A program made the position numbers and the translations under genes. The notes beneath the pieces are model-generated. The model was given only the letters and a program-made list of their open reading frames with translations, was not told the DNA's origin and did not search any database. DNA of 64,000 nt, from NCBI GenBank assembly GCA_977018835.1, contig OZ361259.1, positions 2,294,001 through 2,358,000 of the forward strand, given 5' to 3'. Each line of letters begins with the position of its first letter. Within the stretch, counting starts at the first letter, position 1. Below, in pieces: positions 36,401 to 48,066 of the stretch. The stretch is from Minutocellus sp. GHC0000111. Its lineage: Eukaryota.

Positions 36401-37572
36401 TGTCAGACTGGTCGGAGGAATTTCCGTCCTCGTCATCCAGATAGACGAACTGATCGGTTGAGATATGTTCTTCGTCTTTTTCTTGGGGAACATCTTGTTG
36501 ATTATCAGGGACTATGGTACCGCCGTCGAAGAAACTCTCATCGGTTGTACCGCTAGTAGGAGGAATGACGCTTGGATCGGTAGGAGCTTGAGGGCCATCG
36601 ATGCCAGCAGAGTCATCAACGACGGTACCAGGTCGAAGGATTGGTGGTGGTAGGAGGAATTATTTGGTCAGTAGAGATGTCGGTAGGATCTTCGGTACCG
36701 GTAGAATCACCTACGATGATAGTACCTTCTGAAGTATCAACTGGGGTAGAAGGAGTACCAGTAGAAATGGAGTCCTGCTCTGCGCCAGTCGAAGGAACGG
36801 TGGCGGTAGGAGTCGTAGGAGAGGTGGAGTCTTGATCCTCAGTCACATCGACGTCATCCTTGGATGATTCAACTGCGCCATCTGTATTGGTGTTGCTGTT
36901 CTGAGTGGCACCGTGGGCATCTCCTCCTCCACCTCCTCCGTTGACGACAGAAACAACGCTGTCGAGGATGGTGTTCAGAGGTGAGGATGCTTCAGTAGAA
37001 GCGCCGGAATCAGATCCAGCTGCATTGGTATCAGCGCCGACGTTGCCAGAGATGACCTCCTCGGTACTGCCACCTTGGTTGGGTTGAATGATGGTACCGG
37101 TAGTAGGATTAGTGATGACAGGGTCGGTGGTGGGAGCAGTAGATCCCCCATTGCCATAGTTGATGTTTCCGCTGGCGTAGAGGCCACCACTGCTGCTGCC
37201 CTTGCTGGACTTCTTTGCGTTGTTTTGGTGTTGAAGGATGCCATAATTCATCGCGTCAATAGCACCGATGGTGGCAAGCATACCCGAGGGCAAGCCGGCA
37301 TTGTTGCTGATGTCTTTGCCCGATGAGTTGCCCTTGCCCCTGCTGCCGCCGCCCTTGCCACCCTTGCCGCTCTGGAGGTTTCTCTGCTGATGATGCTGTC
37401 GAGCCTTGGTGGTCTTGCGAATTGCTCTTCGATTTGCACCTGTACGAGTAGAAGACGCCTCGACCAGGGATGATGACGATGACGAGCCAAGTCCCAGCAG
37501 TAGAAGGACTGCCGCCGAAGAAGAAAAGAGGAAGAGACCCCAGCAGGTCGTCCTTCGATTGGAACGACGCAT
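33500..37572 (-). CDS. Large type I membrane protein: signal peptide, RXL site, KxxK motifs, acidic S/T/D/E repeats, TM helix, long cytosolic tail; frameshift at about 36630-36640 and intron 35314..35194
   Basis: ORF 36616..37632, the open frame upstream of 36371 and ORF 33500..35284 join through one frameshift and one phase-1 GT-AG intron. TM helix VSGIAIGGLIIVVAMFVVG. Confidence 0.72.
35524..36170 (-). repeat. Coding tandem repeat, 225 bp (75 aa), about 2.9 near-identical copies
   Basis: cggtagatggctcagattcg recurs at 35531, 35756 and 35981. Confidence 0.95.
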
Positions 37573-37968
37573 GATATGTGCTGGTTTTCGCCAAACAAAG
37601 CGCGAGCAGACCAGCCAGGCACCAAGAACCAACCTGATGAACCCTCTTCCCGAAACTATTTCACTTGCAAAAGGAAAATGATGGCAAAGCCGGAAAGATA
37701 TCGTTGACCTGACTCTTTTGAATTATAACCGTCGGATGCCGACCGTTTGGACATTGCATTGGTTTGGCTGGAAAAGCAACGACACTTTTCTGTCGATAGT
37801 GGGAATCCCCCCATTTCTTATACGTAGACTTGACGCATTATCGAAAGTATCTGTTTACAAGGCACCCGGAAACTTTATGCTCATTTTTCCCATTTTGCAT
37901 TTTTCCAGCAATCGGTATTATCACCGTCACATAACGTGCATAATCGTACTCGTACACGGCACCATACC

Positions 37969-39576
37969 ATGGGTCTCTTTGCCACGCTTGCCGCATCTGC
38001 AGGCGGATCTGCTGCCGTCGGCGCCAATGGCAGCGGCAAAAGTGATGATAATTCCAGCAGTTCCAGCACCTCCCTCCCCACCGCCGTCCAACTTCACACC
38101 TCTCATCGGATTGACTTTTTGTCCGGTGGTATCGATGGTCGTCGTCGAGGCCCAACTTCGTCGGCGGGGAACAGCACGAGCAACAGCACTACTGCCAAGC
38201 GACGATTCGAAACATTGTTGTATCAGGCTGTCGAGGTTGCCGCCCAGCAGGATGGGGAAGGAAGCGGCGGTGGTATCTTGCAGCAGCAGCCGAACAGTTC
38301 CAAGGCGAAGAAGCACCAGCGTCCCAATCTCGGCATTTGGGACGTTCGTCTGCCGGATACAAGCGGCGGGAGCGACGGGACCGACGGCGACAAGAGCACG
38401 GATTTGATCAATCGATTGCTGCAGAAGGTCATATCGTCACCGTCGCCAACCGTGATATTTGCCCTGGACCTTGCGGACCCCTCTGCCGTTTGTCCTGCCA
38501 TGGAGGCCATGGTGGCGGCCTTGTTGCGTCGGTATGATGCCATGGGTGCTGACGGTGCTTCAACGAAAATGTCTGCGTCGGCTTCGGCCACCACGAGGCT
38601 GTCCAAGCTCAAATCGACCAAGTTTGGTGCTGCTCCGGAACAGTCCGAGGAGGTGGCGTCCAATGGGTCAGGAGGAGGCTCGGCCGACCCCAGAATTGCC
38701 CTGATCGTTTGCTGTGCTGTCCCTCCTACACCTGCCGAGGTCGGACCCGAGGGTGGTGCCACCGGCGTCCCCCAAAGTTTCCAGGAGAAGCAGGCCGTCA
38801 GCTTGGTCCATTATCATTTGCATCGCTTTGCGGCAGAGGTGGACTGCACTCTCGCCTTTGTGAGGCCCGATGACGATGGTGCGAATCCGGCCGCATCTGC
38901 ACCAAGTGGCGACGAAGGGGGCGAAGGGGACAATGCTTCCGCTATCGCAAAGGGCAAGGGTGCCATCCCCTCGTTGACGGTCACAGAGCTTGGTACTGTT
39001 GTTATTCGCGTTGCCCACGGAATGACCCCAGTGGAGGAAGAAGAGAAGACAAATGATGACAACGACGATGTCGGTGCCGGCGACGATGCCGAGGAGGCCC
39101 AAGAGGGCGGCGCAGCGACAGCGGCAGGGTTGGAACAGCCACCGATCTTTGCTCCTGGAACTCACGACGATGATTTGATCGGCTCCGTCCTGCTGAGGAA
39201 TGCCTCCTGCCCCGGCGTTTGGGATGCCGCCAAGGATGACTTGTGGAAGGCATTGCCATCGGCCAAGGCCGGAGGTGACGGTGAACAAAAGGCAAGCGAT
39301 AAGAAGAAGGATGTCAAGGTCGGCGGTGCCGCCGCTGATGAGGCATGGTTGTCTAAGCTTGCCGCTTCGTTGCCTGCCCAGGGTGCTGCCGGAGCCGGAG
39401 ATGATGTGTCGGTCAAAACCTCCAAGAGTAGCAAGAGCAGCAGCGCTACTGCCAGCGGCTCCTCTTCAACCAAGGTATCGACCAAGAAGAAGAGAGTTAC
39501 CAGGTCCACGGCTGCAAAGGCTGATACGAAGAATGACGATCCTACTAGCTTCTTTGAGAATCTGATGAAGAAATAA
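37969..39576 (+). CDS. Divergent cytoplasmic dynein light intermediate chain-like protein
   Basis: VIFALDLADP, HYHLHRFAAEVDCTLAF, IFAPG..D, DEAWLSKL and C-terminal SFFENLMKK, which resembles the LIC helix NFFNSLL. Confidence 0.65.
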   Translation: MGLFATLAASAGGSAAVGANGSGKSDDNSSSSSTSLPTAVQLHTSHRIDFLSGGIDGRRRGPTSSAGNSTSNSTTAKRRFETLLYQAVEVAAQQDGEGSGGGILQQQPNSSKAKKHQRPNLGIWDVRLPDTSGGSDGTDGDKSTDLINRLLQKVISSPSPTVIFALDLADPSAVCPAMEAMVAALLRRYDAMGADGASTKMSASASATTRLSKLKSTKFGAAPEQSEEVASNGSGGGSADPRIALIVCCAVPPTPAEVGPEGGATGVPQSFQEKQAVSLVHYHLHRFAAEVDCTLAFVRPDDDGANPAASAPSGDEGGEGDNASAIAKGKGAIPSLTVTELGTVVIRVAHGMTPVEEEEKTNDDNDDVGAGDDAEEAQEGGAATAAGLEQPPIFAPGTHDDDLIGSVLLRNASCPGVWDAAKDDLWKALPSAKAGGDGEQKASDKKKDVKVGGAAADEAWLSKLAASLPAQGAAGAGDDVSVKTSKSSKSSSATASGSSSTKVSTKKKRVTRSTAAKADTKNDDPTSFFENLMKK

Positions 39577-39693
39577 ATGATAAAATATATTTTGAGAATA
39601 GTAAAGGTTGATAGAAGCACATCTAAACAATTCAAATGGACTACGTAGTAGTATTGGCCAAAGACAAGTTTTATAATTAGATGCATCTTAGCG

Positions 39694-40716
39694 TTACTCT
39701 GTCGGACGCTGCCAAGTAGTCATATTAGTCTCTGTATTCCAGAAGTATGTATCGCCGGCGTCGGTAAGAGCCTTCACCCAACCTTTGGGCAGTACATCGT
39801 CCGTATTCGGGGGTAGCGGCTGGATGGTCTTGCCACTCTTGTCCTTCATACCATCGAAGTTCGGCATTGATCCCCAATTGATTCTGCCTTCTTGAAAGTA
39901 TTCATCCGGAAGAGCGAGAACGATGTTTCGATACTTGTACTCAACGTATGCCGCCAATCTCTTGATAAGATCATCCGACGCACCCTCATCCTTAATGAGA
40001 AGATGCATCCAAACCGCCAGAGCAATCTCTTCAGTACGCTTTTCGGGATCCTCTTTGTACTCTGTAAAGGCATGGTCTAAGTGGGTCATTTGCTGGAAGC
40101 TCACCTGCTGCGTGTCCTTCAGATGCTTGTTCACTGTTAGTTCATTCACCCCCTCTGCACGGATACGAGAACGCGAATCATTCCAAAGCACATCGAAGAG
40201 CTCTTCCTGGACCATGAGCGATTTGTGCGGGTCAACCTTATCGGCCAAGAGACGCCGATGAAGGAACCAAACATGCATGGTAAGGAGGGCGTGGCGGGGG
40301 CGGAAGTCACCACCGATATGTCCAGCGGTGTACCAAGTCAAATCATCAGCTCGACGCTGCGCCGATCGGAACAATCGCTCTCCAAGCTCAATGCGGTGCT
40401 GCTGCTGGCCGAGCGAGTAGCGATCCCATGCCTTGGCCAGAAAGCCTTTGTTGGACTGCGCGGGAGTGTCATCCACGCCGAGACTTGCCGTCGAACCAGC
40501 AGCAGGGGCAGATTTTGGGGATGTCGATGTTGCAAAGGACTGCGATGGCTGGAGAGATGACATTATCCGATCACCGAGGGATGTCGATGAGGACACTGCC
40601 GAGGAGGCAAGGGAGGAAGAAACACCAGTAGTCGTCGAAGCATTGGCACCTCTCATGCCAGCTCCACCAGTCTCTGCAAAGACGCGGATAACATGACGTG
40701 CTGCAGCGCTGGACAT
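39694..40716 (-). CDS. UQCC1: Ubiquinol-cytochrome c reductase chaperone (Cbp3/UQCC1) with C-terminal WW domain
   Basis: Mitochondrial presequence-like N-terminus; FRPRHALLTMHVWFLHRRL; WW motif LPKGW...YFWNTETNMTTWQRP. Confidence 0.8.
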   Translation of the reverse strand: MSSAAARHVIRVFAETGGAGMRGANASTTTGVSSSLASSAVSSSTSLGDRIMSSLQPSQSFATSTSPKSAPAAGSTASLGVDDTPAQSNKGFLAKAWDRYSLGQQQHRIELGERLFRSAQRRADDLTWYTAGHIGGDFRPRHALLTMHVWFLHRRLLADKVDPHKSLMVQEELFDVLWNDSRSRIRAEGVNELTVNKHLKDTQQVSFQQMTHLDHAFTEYKEDPEKRTEEIALAVWMHLLIKDEGASDDLIKRLAAYVEYKYRNIVLALPDEYFQEGRINWGSMPNFDGMKDKSGKTIQPLPPNTDDVLPKGWVKALTDAGDTYFWNTETNMTTWQRPTE

Positions 40717-40924
40717 GGTCTATTGAAGCACTGTAAATCCGCTGCAACAAGGTATGTCGTCGGCTAACTTCGGGCAAATCAATAATAAATCTGAGTTGGT
40801 GACGACGAAGCGGCCACATTCTGGACGAAGACTTGACTCATAACCTGTTGCCGCAAATCGGGCGGGCCGACTTCAAGCAACCGTACCTAGGTACCTCCAT
40901 AGCGCAGCAGCAGCCACCGCAAGC

Positions 40925-41934
40925 ATGGCCTCCCTCCCGACGGTTGAGCACCGCAACCAGGAGGCGACGTGCTACGTCGGAAATCTTGACCCGCAGGTGG
41001 ACGAAGATCTGCTGGTCGAGCTGTTCACGCAGGTCGGTCGGGTGGCATCATGCCATATGCCGAAAGACAAGTTGACCGGAGCGCATAATGGATATGGCTT
41101 CATTGAGTTCCTGGACATTACCGATGCCGACTATGCCATGCAAATCCTCTCCATGGTGAAGCTATATGGGCGACCGTTGCGGGTGTCCAAGTCCAGTCTC
41201 GACAAGAAGACGGGGAAGGATCTCGACGTTGGGGCCAATTTGTTTATTGGCAATCTCGATCCTGTGGATGTGGACGAGAAGCTGCTGTACGATACCTTCT
41301 CGGCTTTTGGGACCATTATTAAACCGCCGCACATTGTGAGAGACGAGCAGACGGCGCAAAGCAAGGGGTTTGGCTTTGTTTCCTTCGATTCCTTCGAGGC
41401 ATCCGACGCGGCGATCGAATGCATGAACAACCAATTTTTGTGCAATCGTCAAATTATTGTCAATTATGCCTTCAAGAAGAAGACCGATTCCGAGGGCGGC
41501 GAGACAGGCAACGCCGGAGGGCCGCTGGAACGTCACGGGAGTCGCGCCGAGAGGATGCTGGCAGCGTCGAATCCGTTGCGAAAGTACGTGCAAAAGAGCG
41601 CCGTCCAACGGACGCCCAATACCATGTTCGCAACGAGTGCAAGTGCAGCTGCGGGGATGGCCGCACAAAGGCCTCCTCCTGGTGTTGCTCCGCCTTTGCC
41701 GATGTCTCTGCCTCCTCCGCCCCCGCCGCCGCCCCCCCTCCGCCACCACCGGCTGTTGGATTTGGTTCTGCAGCTTCTGGAATGATGCCACCGCCGCCAC
41801 CACCGCCGCCACCACCGATGGGAATGATGCCTCCTCCTCCTTTACCTCCGCAACAACAACAACGGGGACCACCAATGCCTCCCCCACCACCGCCTCCTCC
41901 TCCGCCACCCCCACCGCCTCCAAGGCCGATGTAG
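40925..41934 (+). CDS. SF3B4: Splicing factor 3B subunit 4 (SAP49); frameshift in C7 run at 41732-41738
   Basis: [39 protein letters not shown]; the Pro-rich tail continues in another frame to TAG at 41932-41934. Confidence 0.95.
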
Positions 41935-42232
41935 GTTCTGGAGTCTGTGTTAGGGGAGATGCATGGGGGGAAACAGTGCACAGTTCATGTGTGTTCCTTG
42001 TGAGATTCCCTACGAAATATGTTTAATAAAAAAAGAAAATCAATTGCATGTTTTTTAATCACAACATAACATACATGTAATGTCGTAGGAGGTGTAGGAA
42101 TTCCTGTACGCAGTTACGATGGTATCCCACAAGAAGCACCAGTACAACTATATCTAGATCTACTGGTACCATCATCATCGTCATGAGCCGTCCTCTTCTT
42201 CATCAGTCAGTCATGCATCACGAGCAGCAATT

Positions 42233-42240
42233 TTTGGCGC
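42233..42240 (+). promoter_or_regulatory. Canonical E2F site TTTGGCGC upstream of the atypical E2F gene
   Basis: Exact TTTSSCGC match about 260 bp upstream of ATG 42502. Confidence 0.5.
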
Positions 42241-42501
42241 TCATTTCCCTCTCCTTCTTCTCTTCCCCCTTCCCTCTTTTTCTTCAAATAATGCGCGCCA
42301 TAAATTTTAAATCGCGCTGGCCGCTTGCTAGTAAGGCCTTTTTTGCGAGAAAAATGATTCCTCAGAGTTTTCTACGTAGGAATCAGTACAAAGTCTACGT
42401 GACCAACGTTCCACCTACTGCCGCATTCCGCCATACTTTGCCCGCACCCGCCACCAACCGTCAAACACAGCGCGGTATCTCGGCCAACCCAAAGAGCAAT
42501 C

Positions 42502-44691
42502 ATGTCGAGAATTGCCATCGATTCGGCCAACGCCGCCTCAGGGATCGGCATCCCTCCTGCCACAGCTGAGATGCCATCACAATCTCAGTCGGCTCCCACC
42601 GCCTTTGCCGCCGCTCCTCGATCCACCATCCCGACGTCGGCCACGCCCTTGCAAAAGCAACAATTCAAAAATCAGATCATCAGCCCCAACAGGGCCAACG
42701 CCGCCGTCGCCCTTTCGGCTCTGTTCCGATCGGAGCCGGCCCCCGCCGAGGTGGCAAATGCATCGGCCATTGTTGCTCAGCAGGTATGTCCCATCCTCTG
42801 GAGCCGGTATGGCTTCGTGCCTCATTTTTGAATTGGATACCATTGCCATATTCGCCGAACTTTATTGGCCCGAGCAAGGCATGTGCTTGTTTTTGGTGTT
42901 GCCTGGATACCCGACCAACAAATCACGCGATGCACGTATCCTCGAGGCAAATTGCAAACACATATCAAACGGTGATAACGCGTAATTCATTTTCATTTCT
43001 TGTCTCACTCCATGTCTCGTGTTTGTTCATCACATCTCAAATAAATTGCCAGGCAACGCCCAAGGAAGTCGCACAGCAGCAGCCGCCCCCGCCACAGCCG
43101 CAACAGCAGTCCGGCGAAGGAGCGGCCTTCAATAATATGGCGGCAACGGCTGCAGCTGCCCCGGGATATCCCTATGCCATGTCACAAGCCGCTGCCGCTC
43201 CTGGAGCTCAGGGGATGAGTTTCATTATGCAGGTGAGACGATTCAAACTCTTGCATAGCACATGGAGAATTCAAATTTTCGGGCAAATGGAAATGGATAC
43301 CGCAGACGACATATTCATATTTGCACCAATGGTCGAGGAAAGGCACATATTTCAATCTGCACACAGCGTATCTTATCATACCCCACGCAAACTAACGTTC
43401 ACAATTCATTATCCTTCTCTACTTTCATCATTTTTCCAAATAAATGTTGTAGGCAACGCAGGCCGTCAGCCCATACAAGCCGGCAAATTATCACGTCACT
43501 CCCTCGCCGCAGCAGCAAACCTATATGCCCCCTTCTCATGCGTATGGTTATCCCTACGTCACTCAGGGTTTGGGCGTTGGCACCCATTCTCCCATGCCTC
43601 CGTCTCAACGATCGTCCTATCCTATGGCGGCACCTCTTGCCCCCACCGATCCTGTTGCGACGCCCGCTGCTTCCAGTACGAAAAAGTCCGCAGCAGCCAA
43701 GGGCAAGAAGAGCGCCACGAAGAGCAAACCCGCCAAGAAGGCCAAGGCAACGAAAAGCACCACCAAGGCGACTAAATCCGCTACCAAACAAACCAAGCCC
43801 AAGGCCAAGAAGGGCAACGTCGCGGTCTACGACAGGGCTGAAAAGTCACTGGGCAATCTCGCCAAGGCCTTTATGGACGTCTTCGCCGACAAGCCTATCG
43901 CACCTGTCGATCCACTAGCAGATGCTCCCGAGGGATCCACTCTCAGCATTGACGATGTCTCCGATGCTCTCCAGGTGGAGAGGCGCAGAATTTACGATAT
44001 CATCAATATTCTGGAATCGGTCCAGATCGTTACCCGTTCGGCCAAGAATACCTACAGGTGGCACGGACCGGAGAACCTTGCCGTCTTCTTCGCCCAGTCT
44101 CAGCAGGAATGCTTCAACAAGGATCCCGAGGAGTGCAAGAGGAATGGCATCCTCAAGGATATCACCTACCTCTCGGATCACCCTCCCGTCGAGGATGAGT
44201 TCGACGAGAAGAAGGAGAAGAGTCTCGGCAAGATTAGCGTCAATTTTATCCGCCTTTTCCTTCTTGGAAATGTTTCCATTGATTTGACTGAGGTATCGGA
44301 CCGCATCCTAGGCTCCAGAACAGCCGTAAATGTCCCCGAGGGGCATCCCACAAAGGCCGAAGCCGACAAGAGGGCTGCCAAGGCTCTCAAGACCAAGATC
44401 CGCCGCCTCTACGACGTCGCCAACGTTCTCCAGAGCATTGGTGTCGTGACGAAGAAGAACAGTGGCGGCAGCTACTCAAGCAGTAAGACCTGTCCCTGCT
44501 TCAAGTGGACATTCCACATCCACCCCAAGAACCTTCCCAACTTCCTCGCCAAGCATGAGGAAACTTGCCCCCCTCTTCCACCTCCGCCACCATCGGGCGT
44601 ATCCGCCTCGGCGAAAAAGATGATGAAGAACATCAACCAGAGCGGTGCCATGGAGGAATACGATGATGATATCGAGTACGAGGAATTCTGA
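42502..44691 (+). CDS. Atypical E2F transcription factor (DEL/E2F7-8 type, two DNA-binding domains), 3 exons
   Basis: Exons 42502..42783, 43053..43232 and 43453..44691. DBD1 EKSLG...ERRRIYDIINILES; DBD2 EKSLG...IRRLYDVANVL. Confidence 0.92.
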
Positions 44692-45031
44692 TTTTTCTCT
44701 TCGAGATGTTGCTTTGCTACACGCTTTGGGGTCAGCATTACCTTGCTTCTCTGTACGGAATAACATACATGTTATATGTCGGGGCGAAAATAATTTCGCC
44801 GAATCCACCCTCTGGCCGTAAGCTAGAGAGCTCGAACAACTCACATCACTGCATTATTACAATAGCTTAATATTGTTGACCGCTTTGATTGGGAAACAGA
44901 CAATACAACGTACACACAAACACTTATTTGCATATTGAAAATATTTAGGACAACACAGATTTGACTGATACTTAGATTATCAGGGTACACTTTTGCACTT
45001 TGTATGCACATCTGCAATTGAGGTCTTTCTT

Positions 45032-45798
45032 TCAACCCGATTCATTTTCGATATTGAAGACGGCGTCCCAGAAGAAAAGCTCGTATTGTTGCAATAAGCG
45101 TACTGGTTCTATTAGGTCTGCATACGTCACTCCCTCCTCTTCAATGATTGCCACTGCCATCTCATCAAAATTGTTTATCGGAGTGGCAAAGAAATTGATA
45201 AATCCAAGTGCCGGATCGTCGACACCATCATAGCCATATCCATTCTCTGGATTGCCAAGCGCCTCCACCAGACGTTTGCACATTTTGCCCCAAGCGGGAA
45301 AATTGACGGCACAAGCCGCCGCCCCGGCAGCTCGATTCCCAGACAAGCAAGCCTCGCCCAGTACGAAGGATAGGCTTGTGCAAGCGGTGATGTCTGATGA
45401 CTTTTGAGACCAGCTTCATCGATTCCAAGCTTCTCAGCGCATTGGAGTAGAAGTTTGGACGCATATAATTCACCGCCAAGTAGAAATTGAAATAGCTCAT
45501 CGGCACTTCTTCCAATGGCCGGGTCAGGAAGCACCGCATCTGCAAGTGACAGCGGACCAAAGCCCTTATGCCCAGCGAGGGAAGCAAAGGAAATCGCATC
45601 ACTGTGTTGAATGGCGTACTGTTCTTGCACAAAAGCTTGCCGCTGCTTCATCGATAGCTTTCCGTTCTCAGCAGCGCAAACGTATGGATGAGATGCAAGT
45701 GCAGCCTCCGTTGAAATGTTGAATGTCTCGGACCGTAAACGATCGAGCATCTGCTGGCCTTGGCCACGGTTTGTTTCTTCTTCTTTCTCTGAGCTCAT
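45032..45798 (-). CDS. TenA/THI-4/PqqC (heme-oxygenase-like fold) protein; -1 frameshift at about 45345
   Basis: HPYV...GKLS...FVQEQY; AYPSYWARLA joins (L)SGNRAAGAAACAVNFPAWG...LLQQYELFFWD if one T is added. Confidence 0.75.
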
Positions 45799-46136
45799 AT
45801 TATGCGTATTGTTTTGATTGTGTCGTTTTGTCAAAATTATGTACGGCCTGCGACGAATGCTGCTCAAGTCAAGTTCATCCGCATGCGCAGAGCTACTAAG
45901 TATGCGCAGGCCACATTCATGCCGATTGGAGATGTGGAAAGTGCGTGGCGGCGCGGCAGTCTTTTTCCTTCATGACATATGCCAACAGTCGAGTGAGTCA
46001 TTTCCAGTCTCTGAGCCTGCTGCTGCCCAGTAGCTACAGTGACCGCAGTCCAGGTAGATTTAGACCCTCTGATATTTAACATTCTTTGCTAATTTGATTT
46101 GTAGATCTAATATGATACATCCACCCTTCCTTTCTC

Positions 46137-47747
46137 TCACTTGGCGTAATCCATAACTCGTTTGATAGCTTCGAGATTTTTGAGCTCGTCTGGGACATAA
46201 TACTTCTCAAATACCAACGGGAATGGGGTATCATATCCACACACTCTCTGGATGGGAGCCTCGAGACTTAGGAAGCTCTGCTCTTGCACAGTCGCCACAA
46301 CTTCGGCGCCAAACCCACAAGTTATCGGAGCTTCATGAGACACAACCAGCTTTCCAGTCTTTGCAACGCTTTCAAGGACACAATCTGCATCCCATGGGAG
46401 GATGGTGCGAAGATCGATGAGTTCACAGCTGATCCCATGATCAGCCAGAGCAATATCGCAAGCCTTCTTCAGCACACGGAGCTGACCACCCCAACCAACG
46501 ACAGTACAGTCCGTTCCTGAGCGCATGATTTCCGCCTTGCCCAGAGGTATCATGTAATCATCATCCGGTACATCTTCCACAGCTGCACGATATAGAGCCT
46601 GGATCGAATTTTTGTATTGAATATAAAGATGGAGAGATGGAGAAAGCAAAGAAATAAAATTTGAGTTATTCATGCATCTACTCCAGCAAATTTTCTCTGG
46701 CAAAAGTTGGAATGCTCAGATATGGCACTCACCTTCGGCTCCATGAAGATCACAGGGTCTTTGCTTCGAATACTGCTCAAGAGCAATCCCTTGGCGGTGA
46801 TCGGACTCCGAGGCATTACAACCACTAGTCCAGGAGTATGTGCTAGATATGCTTCTGGAGATTGAGAATGGTAATGCCCACCGTGTCCTACCGCACTACA
46901 AGGAGTGCGGACAGTAACACCCCCACAGTTCCACTGATTGCCAGAACGATATCTGAATTTTGCCATTTCATTGACGATTTGGTCGAGAGCGGGAAATATC
47001 TGCAAAAGTAGAATATTGAACAAGACCAAGATGGAAAGTCAGACCAAAGAGTCTCAAGTTAGATTGCGCGACCTATTCTAAAATCAATCACAAGGCAACA
47101 GGTTAAAATAACAGCAATCAACGTACGTAGTCTGCAAACTGAATTTCAGCAATGGCCGTTCCCCCCTGTGCCGCGTAGCCAATCGCAAATCCTGCAATGC
47201 CTGTCTCTGATAGGGGCGTGTTAAAGACGCGATCCGACCCAAACTCGTCTCGAAGGCCAGTGGAGCATCGAAAGACGCCGCCAAATCCAACATCTTCTCC
47301 AAATACGATGGTCGATGGATCAGTTTCCAATGCCGTTTGCATGGCTGAGTTGATGGCGGTGAACAGATTCATCTTCGTCTTGTTTTTGTAGTCGTCAAAG
47401 TTCGGTTCTGGAATGGACGACCAAGATGTCAAGGTGCTGGGACTATCATGATCAGATCCAGGCGCTGTCTCCAAGGAGGAGAACTCATTGTCCACATCTG
47501 TCAGAGAATCAGTACGAGACTCCTCCATTGCAGCAGCGGCAGCACTTAACGGACGGGTGGCACCTGTTGTCACCAATGATGATGAGAATTCTTCTTGCTT
47601 CAGCTTCAGTCGACTACAAGTGTCACGCGTTAGAGTTGAAGCGCCTGAAGATGATTCTGATGCGACGATGGCAGTGCTCAGCCGTTGAATCGACCATCGC
47701 CTCGCCAAGGCGAGGGGATTAGCTTTGGTTGTAGCGTGATGCAGCAT
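46137..47747 (-). CDS. BCKDHB: Branched-chain 2-oxo-acid dehydrogenase E1 beta subunit, 3 exons
   Basis: [42 protein letters not shown] and [10 protein letters not shown]; introns 47126..47000 and 46732..46599. Confidence 0.95.
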
Positions 47748-48066
47748 ATGTTGCGTAAGTGTTCTGGAAGGATATGATATGTGATGGTTGCGAGAACGAC
47801 GGCAAATTCTAAATCAAATTCTGGCGAAAGAATAAAGGGGAAAATCGTTGGTATGCCCCCAGACTAATGGTACGTACGGTACGTACATAGAAATCCAATT
47901 GCGAAGCAACGCAAGATGCGATGCGATCGGAACCGTTCATTCAGTAATGTCAGTTCTTCTTTGTTTCCGGCAATCACATCGGCAGAGGCCAATGCAGTAC
48001 GACTGGTAGCAGAAGAGAATCAACCACATGCGATTTCTAATACGCGACAAAAGATAGATCAGGCAG

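Noticed and set aside
44840..46100. TPP riboswitch flanking the TenA-like gene
   Set aside because: No CUGAGA-containing aptamer core was found on the sense strand; only a small ctgata/tatcag hairpin is present.
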